Shown piece by piece: positions 45,693-55,762 of a stretch of DNA of 64,000 bases. The stretch is from Candidatus Nitrospinota bacterium M3_3B_026 (GTDB taxonomy: Bacteria > Nitrospinota_A > UBA7883 > JBPRGF01), in the NCBI GenBank assembly GCA_051418015.1, contig JBPRGF010000031.1, positions 64,001 to 128,000 on the forward strand. Direction: 5' to 3'. The first letter of the stretch is position 1; each line of letters opens with the position of its first letter. The notes beneath the pieces are model-generated. The model saw only the letters and a program-made list of their open reading frames with translations, was not told where the DNA came from and ran no database searches. A program made the position numbers and the translations under genes.

Positions 45693-47039
45693 TCATCCCC
45701 CTTCCTTCACGGCGCCGCGCGCGTCTTCCCCCTCCCCGGCGCCGGTCGCCGCCGCGGCCTCGCCGGACTGGGTGAGGCTTCTTTTCATCATCACCGGGCC
45801 CGCTATCTGGTTCATCACGATAGAGGCGATTATCAGGGTGGAAAGAGCCGGCCCCCATGTTGGGAACTCCTTTTCTATCATCACCGCGAAGCCGATGCTC
45901 ACCCCCGCCTGCCCGATGAACCCCGTCCAGGAATACCGGGCGATGCGTTCTTCCTCCCCCGCCAGCCTCAGGCCGGTGAAGACGCCGGTCCTCGTGCCGA
46001 GCATCCTGGCCGCGACAAGTATCGTCGCGTAGGGCCACGTCTCTGACAGGGCCTTCATGTCCAGCCCCTGGCCGGCCAGGGAAAAGAAGACTATATAGAT
46101 GGGCAGAGAGCTGGTCTCGAGCCCCTCGATGAGCCTCCCTCCCTCCTTCGACATGTTCTCTATCATGAAACCCGTCATGATCGCCGGCAGCAGCGGCCTT
46201 ATCTCGAGCGCGCCGCATATCTCCACCAGGACCAGCGCCACGCCTACGACGAACAGTGGTATGTTTCCGTAATCCGCCTTGAGATAGACGATCATCGCCG
46301 CGCCGACCACAAACCCCAGGCCCAGGGATATCGCCATGTCGTAGGCCACGTGGAGGGCGAACCCCGTTCCCACGTCCATATTCTCCCCCATCACCGCCGA
46401 GGCAAGCCCCATGGCCAGCCCAAAAAGGATTATGACGATGACGTCCTTCAGCACCGTGACGCCCAGCACCGTGTCGGAGACGGGGCCCTTCGACTTCGTT
46501 TCCGTGATGACGGCGATGGCCGTGGCAGGGGAGTTGGCCGTGGCGATCACCCCCAGCAGCAACGCGCCGGAGAAGGCCATCGCCAGCGTCCTCGGCGTGA
46601 GGCTCGATATGTAAAGCAGCGGGAGAAACAGGGCGAAGACCAGGGCGAAGGTGAACAGGCTCTGCGCCCCAGCCGTCCACAGAAGCGCCTTCAGCCTGGG
46701 CGCGAACCGCGCCACCTGCAGCTCGCCCCCGGCCGACAGGGCGATCAGCGTCAACGCCAGGTCGTCCACCAGCCTGAGCGGGCCCGCGCTCTCGTCCGTC
46801 ACCACGCCCAGCCCGAACGGCCCCGCCATCACCCCGGCGATCAAAAAGCCCGTTATCATCGGCGCGTTGAAAAAGAGGGCTATTCTCCCGAGTAGAAAAG
46901 CGAACAGCAGCAGGAACCCAAGCGAGAAAGTGCTCTCCGCCAGCAGGGATCCCGAGGCCCACGTCCTGCTCATCTCGTGGACCAGCACCGCCACCGCCAA
47001 TACCACGACCGCCAGGAGAAGGTCCCGCGCAAGACTCAT
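45693..47039 (-). CDS. Cation:proton antiporter (CPA2/Na_H_Exchanger family)
   Basis: About 13 TM segments; ITGFLIAGVMAGP, ANSPATAIAVITE, LKDVIVI, GQAGVSIG. Confidence 0.87.
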   Translation of the reverse strand: MSLARDLLLAVVVLAVAVLVHEMSRTWASGSLLAESTFSLGFLLLFAFLLGRIALFFNAPMITGFLIAGVMAGPFGLGVVTDESAGPLRLVDDLALTLIALSAGGELQVARFAPRLKALLWTAGAQSLFTFALVFALFLPLLYISSLTPRTLAMAFSGALLLGVIATANSPATAIAVITETKSKGPVSDTVLGVTVLKDVIVIILFGLAMGLASAVMGENMDVGTGFALHVAYDMAISLGLGFVVGAAMIVYLKADYGNIPLFVVGVALVLVEICGALEIRPLLPAIMTGFMIENMSKEGGRLIEGLETSSLPIYIVFFSLAGQGLDMKALSETWPYATILVAARMLGTRTGVFTGLRLAGEEERIARYSWTGFIGQAGVSIGFAVMIEKEFPTWGPALSTLIIASIVMNQIAGPVMMKRSLTQSGEAAAATGAGEGEDARGAVKEGG

Positions 47040-48241
47040 GCTTTTTCCTCCTCCCCGCTCATGACCCGGCGGATAAGGAACGGGGCCAGTATCTCGTTCA
47101 TTATCATCGCGGCCACGATGACGCCAAAGGCCGCCTCGGGCCCCTCCCCGGGGTAGACCAGCAGAAAGTTCAGCCCGATGGCCGGGGCCAGCGCTCCCTG
47201 CGCCGCCAGCGCCATCCCCGCGCCTGGGGGGGTCCTTCTCTTCTCTGGCAGGGCCTCGGACGCCCTGTCGAAAGCCTCGCGCTTGAGCCACAGCCGCGCC
47301 CCGACCAGCAGAAAAGCCATCGCCCAGACGCCCAGGCCGAGCCTTTGCCACCACATGCCCGTCACCAGCAGGAGCATGACGTAGAAAGGTTTCTCGGTGG
47401 AGTAGAGGAGGCTGAACATCTTGTCGTCGCGCTCCAGGACGTTCGCCAGGATCACGCCGGTCAACAGGCTGAGGAAGAGCGGGGACAAGTTCAGGTAGAA
47501 CGCCGTGCCGGACATGAAAACGATGAAGCCGATGAGGACAGCCAGGTTCTCCTCCGGCTTGAGCTCCTCCCTGCCGAAGAACCTGAAAAGGCCCGCCAGC
47601 GCCAGGGCCACCAGCGCCGAATAGCCAAGGAGCGCTCCCCCCCGGCCAAGCGAGAACGCCCCCCCCTGCTCCGGCGGAAAGAAGCAGAATACAAGCCCTA
47701 TCGCCAGCAACGCCGGCGCGAGGTCCAGCGTGGCCACCAGCATGAGCTGCCGTATGGCGGCGCTTTTCGACCGGGGGAAGCGCGAGGACATGAGGCTGAG
47801 CGCCGTGGGGGAGGATATGGCCCCCGCCGCCGCCACTATCAGCGAAAAGGTCAGAGACTCTGTCCAGGAGATATCAAGGACCACCAGCGAGCAGGCGAAC
47901 ATGACCGGGAAAAGCCCTCCCCACACCACCACCGCCTGCAGGGCGGTCAGTTTCAACATGCCCGGGTCGACCTTCCGCAAATCCTCCAGCCTCAGCTGGC
48001 TCCCGAAGATGAGCCCGGCCCAGCCGAGCCCCAGGGCTATGAAAGGGTCCAGCAGCTCCAGCCTCTCCTGGCTGATGATCGAAAGGCCCATCGGCCCCAC
48101 CAGGGCCCCGGCGAGCATGAACTCCCAGCCGGTGAGGAACATGTCCCCCAGCGCCGCGGGGAGCCTGTCCTTGGAGAAGACGATCCTCTCGCCTATGTAG
48201 CCGATGACGATTATGGATATTACAACCCAGACGAGATTCAA
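47036..48241 (-). CDS. Divergent cation:proton antiporter-like membrane protein
   Basis: Polytopic; LTGWEFMLAGALVGP, AISSPT, AQGALAPAIG; overlaps the neighbouring antiporter gene. Confidence 0.78.
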   Translation of the reverse strand: MNLVWVVISIIVIGYIGERIVFSKDRLPAALGDMFLTGWEFMLAGALVGPMGLSIISQERLELLDPFIALGLGWAGLIFGSQLRLEDLRKVDPGMLKLTALQAVVVWGGLFPVMFACSLVVLDISWTESLTFSLIVAAAGAISSPTALSLMSSRFPRSKSAAIRQLMLVATLDLAPALLAIGLVFCFFPPEQGGAFSLGRGGALLGYSALVALALAGLFRFFGREELKPEENLAVLIGFIVFMSGTAFYLNLSPLFLSLLTGVILANVLERDDKMFSLLYSTEKPFYVMLLLVTGMWWQRLGLGVWAMAFLLVGARLWLKREAFDRASEALPEKRRTPPGAGMALAAQGALAPAIGLNFLLVYPGEGPEAAFGVIVAAMIMNEILAPFLIRRVMSGEEEKA

Positions 48242-48281
48242 CGTCCAGTCTCCTGAAGACGCCGGAAAAGAGCGCCGGATC

Positions 48282-48629
48282 TCAGCCGCCCGCCAGACCC
48301 TTCACCCTGCTCACCGGGATGGTGAAGATGATGCCGGAGCTCGGCTCCGTAAAGGATGTGTAGGTCTCCTCTATGATCTCCATGGCCCTGTCGACCAGCT
48401 CCGCGTCCATGACGGAGAATATGGTGACATTGGCCTCCCTGGCCCCGGAGAACATGTTCTTGAAACCCGCGAATATGGGGATGTCCTGGGAGATTATCTT
48501 TCCCATTCCCTTGGTGTCCACGATGGTGCAGCCGGTGACCCCTATCTCCAGGAAGGCCGCCAGCACGTCCTCCACGGCCTCGGGACGGTTCAACACGCAT
48601 ATAAGAAGCTCCTGGGGCATCGGGATCAT
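48282..48629 (-). CDS. PII-like signalling protein
   Basis: GVTGCTIVDTKGMG and GIIFTIPVSRVKGL motifs of the PII superfamily. Confidence 0.8.
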   Translation of the reverse strand: MIPMPQELLICVLNRPEAVEDVLAAFLEIGVTGCTIVDTKGMGKIISQDIPIFAGFKNMFSGAREANVTIFSVMDAELVDRAMEIIEETYTSFTEPSSGIIFTIPVSRVKGLAGG

Positions 48630-49090
48630 CCCCTGTCGAACTGTTCGATGAGCCTGTAGGCTTCCCCGGGCGATGAGCTTTTTATGAGCTTTTCGACCAG
48701 GTCTCGCGTCTTGCAGGCGCGGACTATCATGGCCAGGAGTTGAAGGTGCGTCCGCGGCTGGCGCTCGGAGCCGATTATCATGAAAAAAAGCCTCGCGGGC
48801 TGGTCATCTATGGCGTCGAAATCCACCCCTCCCGGCGCCACGGCGACGGCCACCAGCATCTTCTCGATGTTCTCACCGGAGGCGTGGGGGATCGCCACAC
48901 CGCCCCCGATCCCCGTGGAGGCCAGCGTCTCGCGCTCCATGAGCTTGTCCAGCAGTATGTCACGCCTTGAAGACGGGATCCTGCCCGCCTCGATCAGACG
49001 ATCGACCATCATGGCGCAGGCGTCGGCCTTGTCCTTCGGCTCGAGGCCCGTCCAGACCAGGTCCTCGGAGAGAAAGTCGGTTATCCTCAT
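48626..49090 (-). CDS. PTS EIIA component, Fru/Ntr type
   Basis: ERETLASTGIGGGVAIPHA, GVDFDAIDDQP, HLQLLA. Confidence 0.9.
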   Translation of the reverse strand: MRITDFLSEDLVWTGLEPKDKADACAMMVDRLIEAGRIPSSRRDILLDKLMERETLASTGIGGGVAIPHASGENIEKMLVAVAVAPGGVDFDAIDDQPARLFFMIIGSERQPRTHLQLLAMIVRACKTRDLVEKLIKSSSPGEAYRLIEQFDRG

Positions 49091-49399
49091 GTTTTCCAGC
49101 GTTTCCGGCGGACCGCCTCTGATTCGAAAATTCATGAATTGTTATCATAAAATCCGCCGCCCTTCCATAGCAATCCGAAGCGTCTCAAAAAAAAGAGGCC
49201 CGCCGGGCCGTATTGCCGGACAGCGGGTCTGTCTGAATTTTTCTCTGAAGACAATCTTCCTCTCAATCCTCTCCCTTCGAGGGGAGAACGAGGTCCCGCG
49301 GCACGAGACGGCAGGGAAGACCTGTTCTTCAAACTGACCCGCCGCCACCACGCCAGAATGGATGCGGAAGGGGGCCTGTTTGTGATAATAATGTATTCC

Positions 49400-50485
49400 A
49401 TGCGTCTGCCTGTGATACTTGTGGTTATTATCGCCCTGGCCGCCGGGCCCGCGCCGTCATTCGCGCAGGCGGGAAACGGAGGCGCGCCCCCCGCGCCGGT
49501 GGAGGTGGCCCCGGTCATTCAAAAGGACGTCTCCACCTCCGTGGAGCTCGTGGGCACGGTCCACCCGGGCGCGGAGGCGATGGTCTCCGCCGAGGCGCCC
49601 GGCAGGGTGATCTCCTTCAGCAAGATCGAGGGGGACAAGGTGAAGGAGGGCGAGCCGGTCGTCTCCCTCGACGACACGCTCTACAGGATAGAAGTCAACA
49701 CCGCCAGGGGCGCCCTGCAGAAGGCTCAGGCCGCCCTCGAGAAGGCCAGGCTGGCCGAGGAGAGGGCCCGGGAGCTTTACAAGCAGAAGGTGGCCTCCGA
49801 GGAGGCGATGCAGAACGCGGCGCTCGAGGTGAAGGCGGCGAAGGCGGAGGTGGCCCTGAGAAAGGCGGACCTGGCGCGGGCCGAACATAATCTGTCGCGG
49901 CTCAAGGTCCGCGCGCCCTTTGACGGGTGGATATCCCGCAAGCTGGTGGAGGCCGGGGAATGGGTGAAGGAGGGCGACGGGCTCTACGAGATCATAAACC
50001 TGGATCGGGTGGACGTGATCGTGGAAGCGCCGGAGGTGAATATAGAGAGCTTCACCAGAGGCAAAAAAACCGGGTTCACCCTCGACGCCCATCCCGGGGC
50101 GGCCTATGAAGGCAGGATCAGAGCCGTCTCCCCCAAAGCGGACGCTAAAACGCGCACCTTCATGACCCGGATAGGCGTCGACAACAGGAAAGGCGACATC
50201 CTGGCCGGGATGGTGGCGCGGGTCAACATCCCCGCCGGGGAGCCGGAGAAGACGATAATGATCCCCCGCGACGCGGTGGTGTGGATGGCCAGAAAGCCCG
50301 TTGTCTTCACCGTGGACGGCGATGGGAGGGCGAAGGCTGTCCCCGTGAGGCTGGGCAGGCAGCGCGGCGAGCTCGTGGAGGCCCGGGGGGACTTGCGGGA
50401 GGGTCTGCCCCTGGTGGTGACGGGCAACGAGATCCTGCGCGACGGGCAGCCGGTGGACGTGGTGGGCGAGCGGAGCTACGACTGA
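49400..50485 (+). CDS. RND efflux periplasmic adaptor subunit
   Basis: Signal peptide; lipoyl-like halves (EGDKVKEGE, VRAPFDG), coiled coil, ILAGM. Confidence 0.92.
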   Translation: MRLPVILVVIIALAAGPAPSFAQAGNGGAPPAPVEVAPVIQKDVSTSVELVGTVHPGAEAMVSAEAPGRVISFSKIEGDKVKEGEPVVSLDDTLYRIEVNTARGALQKAQAALEKARLAEERARELYKQKVASEEAMQNAALEVKAAKAEVALRKADLARAEHNLSRLKVRAPFDGWISRKLVEAGEWVKEGDGLYEIINLDRVDVIVEAPEVNIESFTRGKKTGFTLDAHPGAAYEGRIRAVSPKADAKTRTFMTRIGVDNRKGDILAGMVARVNIPAGEPEKTIMIPRDAVVWMARKPVVFTVDGDGRAKAVPVRLGRQRGELVEARGDLREGLPLVVTGNEILRDGQPVDVVGERSYD

Positions 50486-50529
50486 GGCCCATGCCGCCCC
50501 GCGACCCCTTCATAAGGGCCTGAACTGAA

Positions 50530-53500
50530 ATGTGGATCATACGCTTCTCCATAGAAAACCCCGTCAAAGTGACGGTGGCGGTCCTCTTCCTGGTCATCTT
50601 CGGGAGCATCTCCGTCCTCGACATCCCCATCCAGATGACCCCCACCGTCGACAAGCCCGAGATACAGATAAGGACCGTATACGAGGGCGCCGCGCCGCAG
50701 GAGATAGAGGAACAGATCACCATCCCCATCGAAGAGAAGCTGCAGGCCGTGGAGGGGCTCAAGAGGATCACCTCCACCTCCAGCGAGGGCAGGTCCAACG
50801 TGGAGCTGGAGTTTGAATGGGGGGTTAACAAGGACATCGCGCTGATCGACATAGTGAAACGCCTGGCCAGGGTGCGGGACCTGCCCGTGGAGGCGGACGC
50901 GCCGATCGTCATCGCCGGGACAAGCTCCGAGCGCCGGCCGATCTACTGGGCCTCCCTGAGGGGGAACATGCCCGTGGACAAGATGCGCGACTTCGCCGAC
51001 GACTATGTCCTGCCCAGGTTCGAGCGGGTGGAGGGGGTGGCGGAGGTCCGCATGCACGGCGGGGAGGAGCGGGAGATCCGCGTCGCGCTGGATTTCAAGG
51101 CCCTGGGCGCGCGGGGGCTGTCCGTCAGCGACGTCCGCCTCGCCCTGGCGAGGGAGAACCTGAACGTCCGCGGGGGCAGCCTGGACATCGGGAAGCGCAG
51201 ACACCTCGTCCGCACCGTGGGGCTCTTCCAGTCCATCGAGGACATAGAGTCCGTCATCATAGCCAAGGACTCGGGCGGAGCGCCCATATACGTCCGCGAC
51301 GTGGCCACGGTCTACGACACGTTCAGGGAGCGCTCCGAGATGGTCCGCATCATGGGCAGGCCGGCCATCGCCTTCGGGATAATAAAGAAGACGGGCTCCA
51401 ACACCATCGAGGTGGTCAACGGCGTGGAGGCCGCCATCGAGAAGATGAACGAGGAGATGGCCCCCCGGGGGATCGCCATCTACGAAAGCTACGACTCCTC
51501 GGACTACATATGGGAGTCGATAGACTTCGTCTCGTCCAACCTCGGCTTCGGCGCCGGGCTTGCCGTCGTGGTCCTGATCCTGTTCCTGAAATCGATCCGC
51601 TCCACCCTGGTGATCGGCGTCTCCATTCCGATAGTCATATTCTCCGGTTTCATCCTGTTGAACGTGTTCGGGCGCACCCTGAACATAGTCTCCCTGGCCG
51701 GGATGGCCTTCGCCGTGGGCATGGTGGTGGACAACGCCATCGTGGCCCTGGAAAACATATACCGCCACCTGCAGATGGGCAAGGGGAGGGCCGGGGCGGC
51801 CCTCGACGGGGCGGTGGAGGTGTGGGGGGCGATCCTGGCCTCCACGCTGACGACGCTGGCGGTCTTTGTTCCCATAATCTTCGTGCGGGAGGAGGCCGGG
51901 CAGCTGTTCAAGGACATCGCCATCGCCATATCGGTCTCCGTCTTCGTGTCGCTGATAGTCTCCGTCACGGTCATCCCGGCCATGACGGCCCGGTTCCTGG
52001 CCGTGGGCTCGGCGCTGGGAAAGGGCAAGGGGGGGGTGTGGGCGCCGCTCAACCTCCTGGGCAGGGGCGCCGGGGCTTTTTTCGTAGGAACGGTGGGATG
52101 GCTGTCCCGCGCCGGAACCATCGCGAAGCTCGCGCTGGTCGCGGTGATAATCGCCGCCGCCGTCTCCACGGTCCCGCTGACGCCGAAGCTCGAATACCTG
52201 CCCAAGGGCAACAGGAACCTGATCTTCATCGCTTTCACCCCCCACGTGGGAAGCAGCCTCGACACCACCAGGAAATACTCCGACATGGTGGCCGACCGCG
52301 TCCTCCGGATGCCGGAGGTGAAATACATGTTCCATGTCATATCGTCGCGGTTCAATGGCATCGGCGTCCGGGTCAAGGACGAATACCGCCTGAGGATGAG
52401 CGAGGTGGCGGACAAGATCAACGAGGTCATAAGAGGCGCGCCGGGGTTCAAGTATATAAGGGCGTTCCAGAGCGCCCTGTTCTCCCGCTCCCTGGGCGGC
52501 GACGTGGAGATAGACATCAGGGGGCCGGACCTTGACGAGGTGGCCTCATACTCCAACGAGATAATGGGCGAAATATACTCCGCCGAGGGGGTGGGCTTCG
52601 CCAGGTCCAACCTGGACACGGGCAATCCCGAGATAAGGGTGAAGATAGACAGGGAGCGCGCCGCGGACCTCGGTCTTTCCGTCCAGGACGTCGCGGAGAC
52701 CGTGGAGGCGCTCGTGGCGGGGAAGCTGGCGACGCTTTACAAGGTCGGCGGCGAGGAGATTGACATAGTCCTGAAAAGCTCCGAGGAAGACCTGCTGGAC
52801 CGGAACGCCCTGGAGAGGGTGACCATCTTCAGCATGGACGGCGTCCCGGTGAGGCTCGGCTCCGTGGCCAGGATAGAGCAGGCGGAAGGGCCGACGCAGA
52901 TAAATCACATAGAGATGGACCGCTCCGTCACCCTCTCCATCACCAAAAAGACCGGCGCGCCTCTGCAGGCCGTGGTGGACTCCATCAACGAGAAGATACT
53001 CGGCCCCCTCAGGGAAAAGATGGAGCTCGGCTACCACGTCTCCCTCTCCGGCCACGCGGCGGACCTGGACACGACGGCGAAGGCGCTCTCCGGCTCGTTC
53101 GTCCTGGCGGTGATTATCATATACCTTCTGATGGCGGCGCTGTTCGAGTCGTTCCTTTATCCGCTGGTGATAATGCTCTCCGTGCCGCTGGCAGCCTCGG
53201 GAGCCATCCTCGGCGTGTATGTCACGTCGAGCAGCCTGGACGTTCTGACCATGCTGGGGTTCATCATCCTGGCGGGGATAGTGGTCAACAACGCCATCCT
53301 GCTCATACACCAGGTCCTGCGCAACAGGCGCGCGCGCGGCATGTCGGACCACGAGTCGGTGGTAGAGGCGGTGAAAGTCCGTGTCCGCCCGATATTCATG
53401 AGCTCCATAACGACCGTCTGCGGCATGCTCCCCCTGGTGGTCCGCGGCGGCGCGGGCTCGGAGCTTTACTCGGGGCTGGCCGCGGCGATCGTGGGGGGGC

Positions 53501-53598
53501 TGACGGTCTCCACGATCTTCACCCTCGTCCTCGTGCCGGCGATCACGCTCATAATCGCCGACGCCAAGGCCGCGCTCGAATCACTGAAAACCCGCTGA
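50530..53598 (+). CDS. RND efflux permease (AcrB family)
   Basis: GMVVDNAIVALENI, GIVVNNAIL, RVRPIFMSS; 1022 aa. Confidence 0.95.
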   Translation: MWIIRFSIENPVKVTVAVLFLVIFGSISVLDIPIQMTPTVDKPEIQIRTVYEGAAPQEIEEQITIPIEEKLQAVEGLKRITSTSSEGRSNVELEFEWGVNKDIALIDIVKRLARVRDLPVEADAPIVIAGTSSERRPIYWASLRGNMPVDKMRDFADDYVLPRFERVEGVAEVRMHGGEEREIRVALDFKALGARGLSVSDVRLALARENLNVRGGSLDIGKRRHLVRTVGLFQSIEDIESVIIAKDSGGAPIYVRDVATVYDTFRERSEMVRIMGRPAIAFGIIKKTGSNTIEVVNGVEAAIEKMNEEMAPRGIAIYESYDSSDYIWESIDFVSSNLGFGAGLAVVVLILFLKSIRSTLVIGVSIPIVIFSGFILLNVFGRTLNIVSLAGMAFAVGMVVDNAIVALENIYRHLQMGKGRAGAALDGAVEVWGAILASTLTTLAVFVPIIFVREEAGQLFKDIAIAISVSVFVSLIVSVTVIPAMTARFLAVGSALGKGKGGVWAPLNLLGRGAGAFFVGTVGWLSRAGTIAKLALVAVIIAAAVSTVPLTPKLEYLPKGNRNLIFIAFTPHVGSSLDTTRKYSDMVADRVLRMPEVKYMFHVISSRFNGIGVRVKDEYRLRMSEVADKINEVIRGAPGFKYIRAFQSALFSRSLGGDVEIDIRGPDLDEVASYSNEIMGEIYSAEGVGFARSNLDTGNPEIRVKIDRERAADLGLSVQDVAETVEALVAGKLATLYKVGGEEIDIVLKSSEEDLLDRNALERVTIFSMDGVPVRLGSVARIEQAEGPTQINHIEMDRSVTLSITKKTGAPLQAVVDSINEKILGPLREKMELGYHVSLSGHAADLDTTAKALSGSFVLAVIIIYLLMAALFESFLYPLVIMLSVPLAASGAILGVYVTSSSLDVLTMLGFIILAGIVVNNAILLIHQVLRNRRARGMSDHESVVEAVKVRVRPIFMSSITTVCGMLPLVVRGGAGSELYSGLAAAIVGGLTVSTIFTLVLVPAITLIIADAKAALESLKTR

Positions 53599-53665
53599 CC
53601 CTCCCGCTCAGGCGGCAGGAATGGCGGGCTGTCCTCTTTGCCCGCGGGATGTATAATGTTTTCTC

Positions 53666-54904
53666 ATGGTGGAAGCGAAAATGACAGGGCGAAAAAAAAT
53701 AGTACTCGGCGTGACGGGCGGGGTCGCGGCCTACAAGGCGGCCGAAATAGCGCGCCGTCTCATGGATAAGGGGCTGGACGTCCGCGCCGCCATGACCGCC
53801 CACGCCGAAAAGCTCGTAACCCCCCTCACCTTCGAGGCCCTCACGGGCCAGAAAGTCCTGCGCGCGGGAATGCCCCGGCCGGGCGAGGACCCGATGCCTC
53901 ACATAACCCTCGCCCGCTGGGCCGACCTCGTCCTCGTCGCCCCGGCCACGGCCAACATCATAGGGAAACTGGCCAACGGGATCGCTGACGATTCCCTGAG
54001 CACGCTGCTCATCGCCACCGGCGCTCCCGTGTTCATGGCCCCCGCCATGAACACCAGGATGCTCGAAAACCCCGCCGTCCGGGAGAATATGCAAAAGCTG
54101 GAGGCCCGCGGCGTCAGGCTCGTCGGCCCCACCACGGGAGCGCTGGCCTGCGGCGAGGAAGGCGCGGGGAAGATGGCGGATGTCGATGAGGTCGTGAGCG
54201 CCGTTATCGATTCGCTGAAACCCGGGCTTGATCTGGCGGGGATAAAGGTGATCGTGACGGCTGGCGGCACGCGGGAGCCGATAGACGCCATCCGGTACAT
54301 AGGCAACAGGTCGTCGGGCAGGATGGGCGCGGCCGTGGCGGGCGCCGCCGCGGCGCGAGGGGCGGACGTGACGCTGATCGCCGCGCCGATGGAGGCCGCC
54401 GCCCCGGAGGGGGTGAAGGTCGTCCCCGCGCCGACGGCCGCCGACATGCTCGATGAGGTGGGAGCGCGGTTCGACGGGGCGGACATCCTCGTCATGGCCG
54501 CCGCCGTGGGGGACTACCGGGCCGGGAAAACGTGGGCGGGAAAGCTGAAAAAAAAGGAAACCTGGACCTTAAGGCTCGCCGCGAACCCGGACATACTGGC
54601 CGAGATGGGCGCGCGCAAGAAAGGACAGGTGGTTGTCGGTTTCGCGGCGGAGACGGAGGACATCCTTGCCCACGGGAGGAAAAAGCTGGTGTCGAAGAAT
54701 CTGGACCTGGTCGTGGTCAACGACGTGTCGCGCCCCGGCGCCGTCTTCGGGTCGGACTACAACGAGGTCGCGATAATCGACAGGGCCGGCGGGACGCTCG
54801 AGGTCCCGAGGGCGGAAAAGACGCGGATCGCCGAGATCATCCTGGACAAGGCGGCGGAGGCGTTGTCGCGGAAGGGTGTCAGGCGTGACTCCGCTTTGCG
54901 CTGA
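53666..54904 (+). CDS. coaBC: Phosphopantothenoylcysteine decarboxylase/ligase
   Basis: GVTGGVAAYK, APAMNTRM, LACGEEGAGK, TAGGTREPID, NRSSGRMG, VGFAAET. Confidence 0.96.
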   Translation: MVEAKMTGRKKIVLGVTGGVAAYKAAEIARRLMDKGLDVRAAMTAHAEKLVTPLTFEALTGQKVLRAGMPRPGEDPMPHITLARWADLVLVAPATANIIGKLANGIADDSLSTLLIATGAPVFMAPAMNTRMLENPAVRENMQKLEARGVRLVGPTTGALACGEEGAGKMADVDEVVSAVIDSLKPGLDLAGIKVIVTAGGTREPIDAIRYIGNRSSGRMGAAVAGAAAARGADVTLIAAPMEAAAPEGVKVVPAPTAADMLDEVGARFDGADILVMAAAVGDYRAGKTWAGKLKKKETWTLRLAANPDILAEMGARKKGQVVVGFAAETEDILAHGRKKLVSKNLDLVVVNDVSRPGAVFGSDYNEVAIIDRAGGTLEVPRAEKTRIAEIILDKAAEALSRKGVRRDSALR

Positions 54905-55000
54905 AAACGGGCGGCGCGGACACCACGCCGGGCGAAAACTCGGAGGAAAAATTAGCAAAACACGCGATTCATGCGAAGGTCTCAGACTGATGGAGGGAAG

Positions 55001-55762
55001 ATGAGCGCATCACGCGAGCTTCTGGCGAGGCTCGACGCCCTGAGCCTGGAGCTTGAAACCCTGAAGATCATGGGCTGCCGCGAACTGGAAGGGCCCCTGC
55101 CCGCTGACTGGATCGAAAGGCTGAGCGCGGACGGCGGGGGGGACACAGTGGACAAGACAGTGGAAAAACGAAAACCCGCCGGCGCGCGGGAAAGTCTCGA
55201 CGCCATCCGCGGGGAGGTGAAAAGCTGCCACAAGTGCGGCCTTTCCGAAACCAGGACGAACACCGTCTTCGGCGTGGGGAACCCGGACGCGAGGCTGATG
55301 TTCATCGGCGAGGCGCCGGGAGCGGACGAGGACAGGAAGGGCGAGCCCTTCGTGGGCCGGGCGGGACAGCTTCTGACCCGCATGATAAAGGCGATGGGCC
55401 TTAAGCGGGAGGACGTCTATATAGCGAACATATTGAAATGCCGTCCCCCGGGCAACCGAGACCCGCTCCCCGGCGAGGTGGAGCTTTGCGAGCCGTACCT
55501 CGTCCGGCAGATAGAAGCCGTCCGGCCGGAGGTGATATGCGCCCTGGGGCGCGTGGCCGTCCAGACCCTGCTGAAGACGAAGACTCCGATATCCAGGCTG
55601 CGCGGCGAGTTCCACTCCTACCACGACACGCCCCTTCTGGCCACGTTCCACCCCGCCTACCTGCTGAGGAACCCCCCCTCCAAGGCCGAGGCGTGGAGCG
55701 ACCTCCAGATGGTGATGAAAAAACTGGGGATGCCTCTCCCCGCGAAGGGGGAAAATGGCTGA
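55001..55762 (+). CDS. Uracil-DNA glycosylase, family 4
   Basis: [33 protein letters not shown]. Confidence 0.94.
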   Translation: MSASRELLARLDALSLELETLKIMGCRELEGPLPADWIERLSADGGGDTVDKTVEKRKPAGARESLDAIRGEVKSCHKCGLSETRTNTVFGVGNPDARLMFIGEAPGADEDRKGEPFVGRAGQLLTRMIKAMGLKREDVYIANILKCRPPGNRDPLPGEVELCEPYLVRQIEAVRPEVICALGRVAVQTLLKTKTPISRLRGEFHSYHDTPLLATFHPAYLLRNPPSKAEAWSDLQMVMKKLGMPLPAKGENG

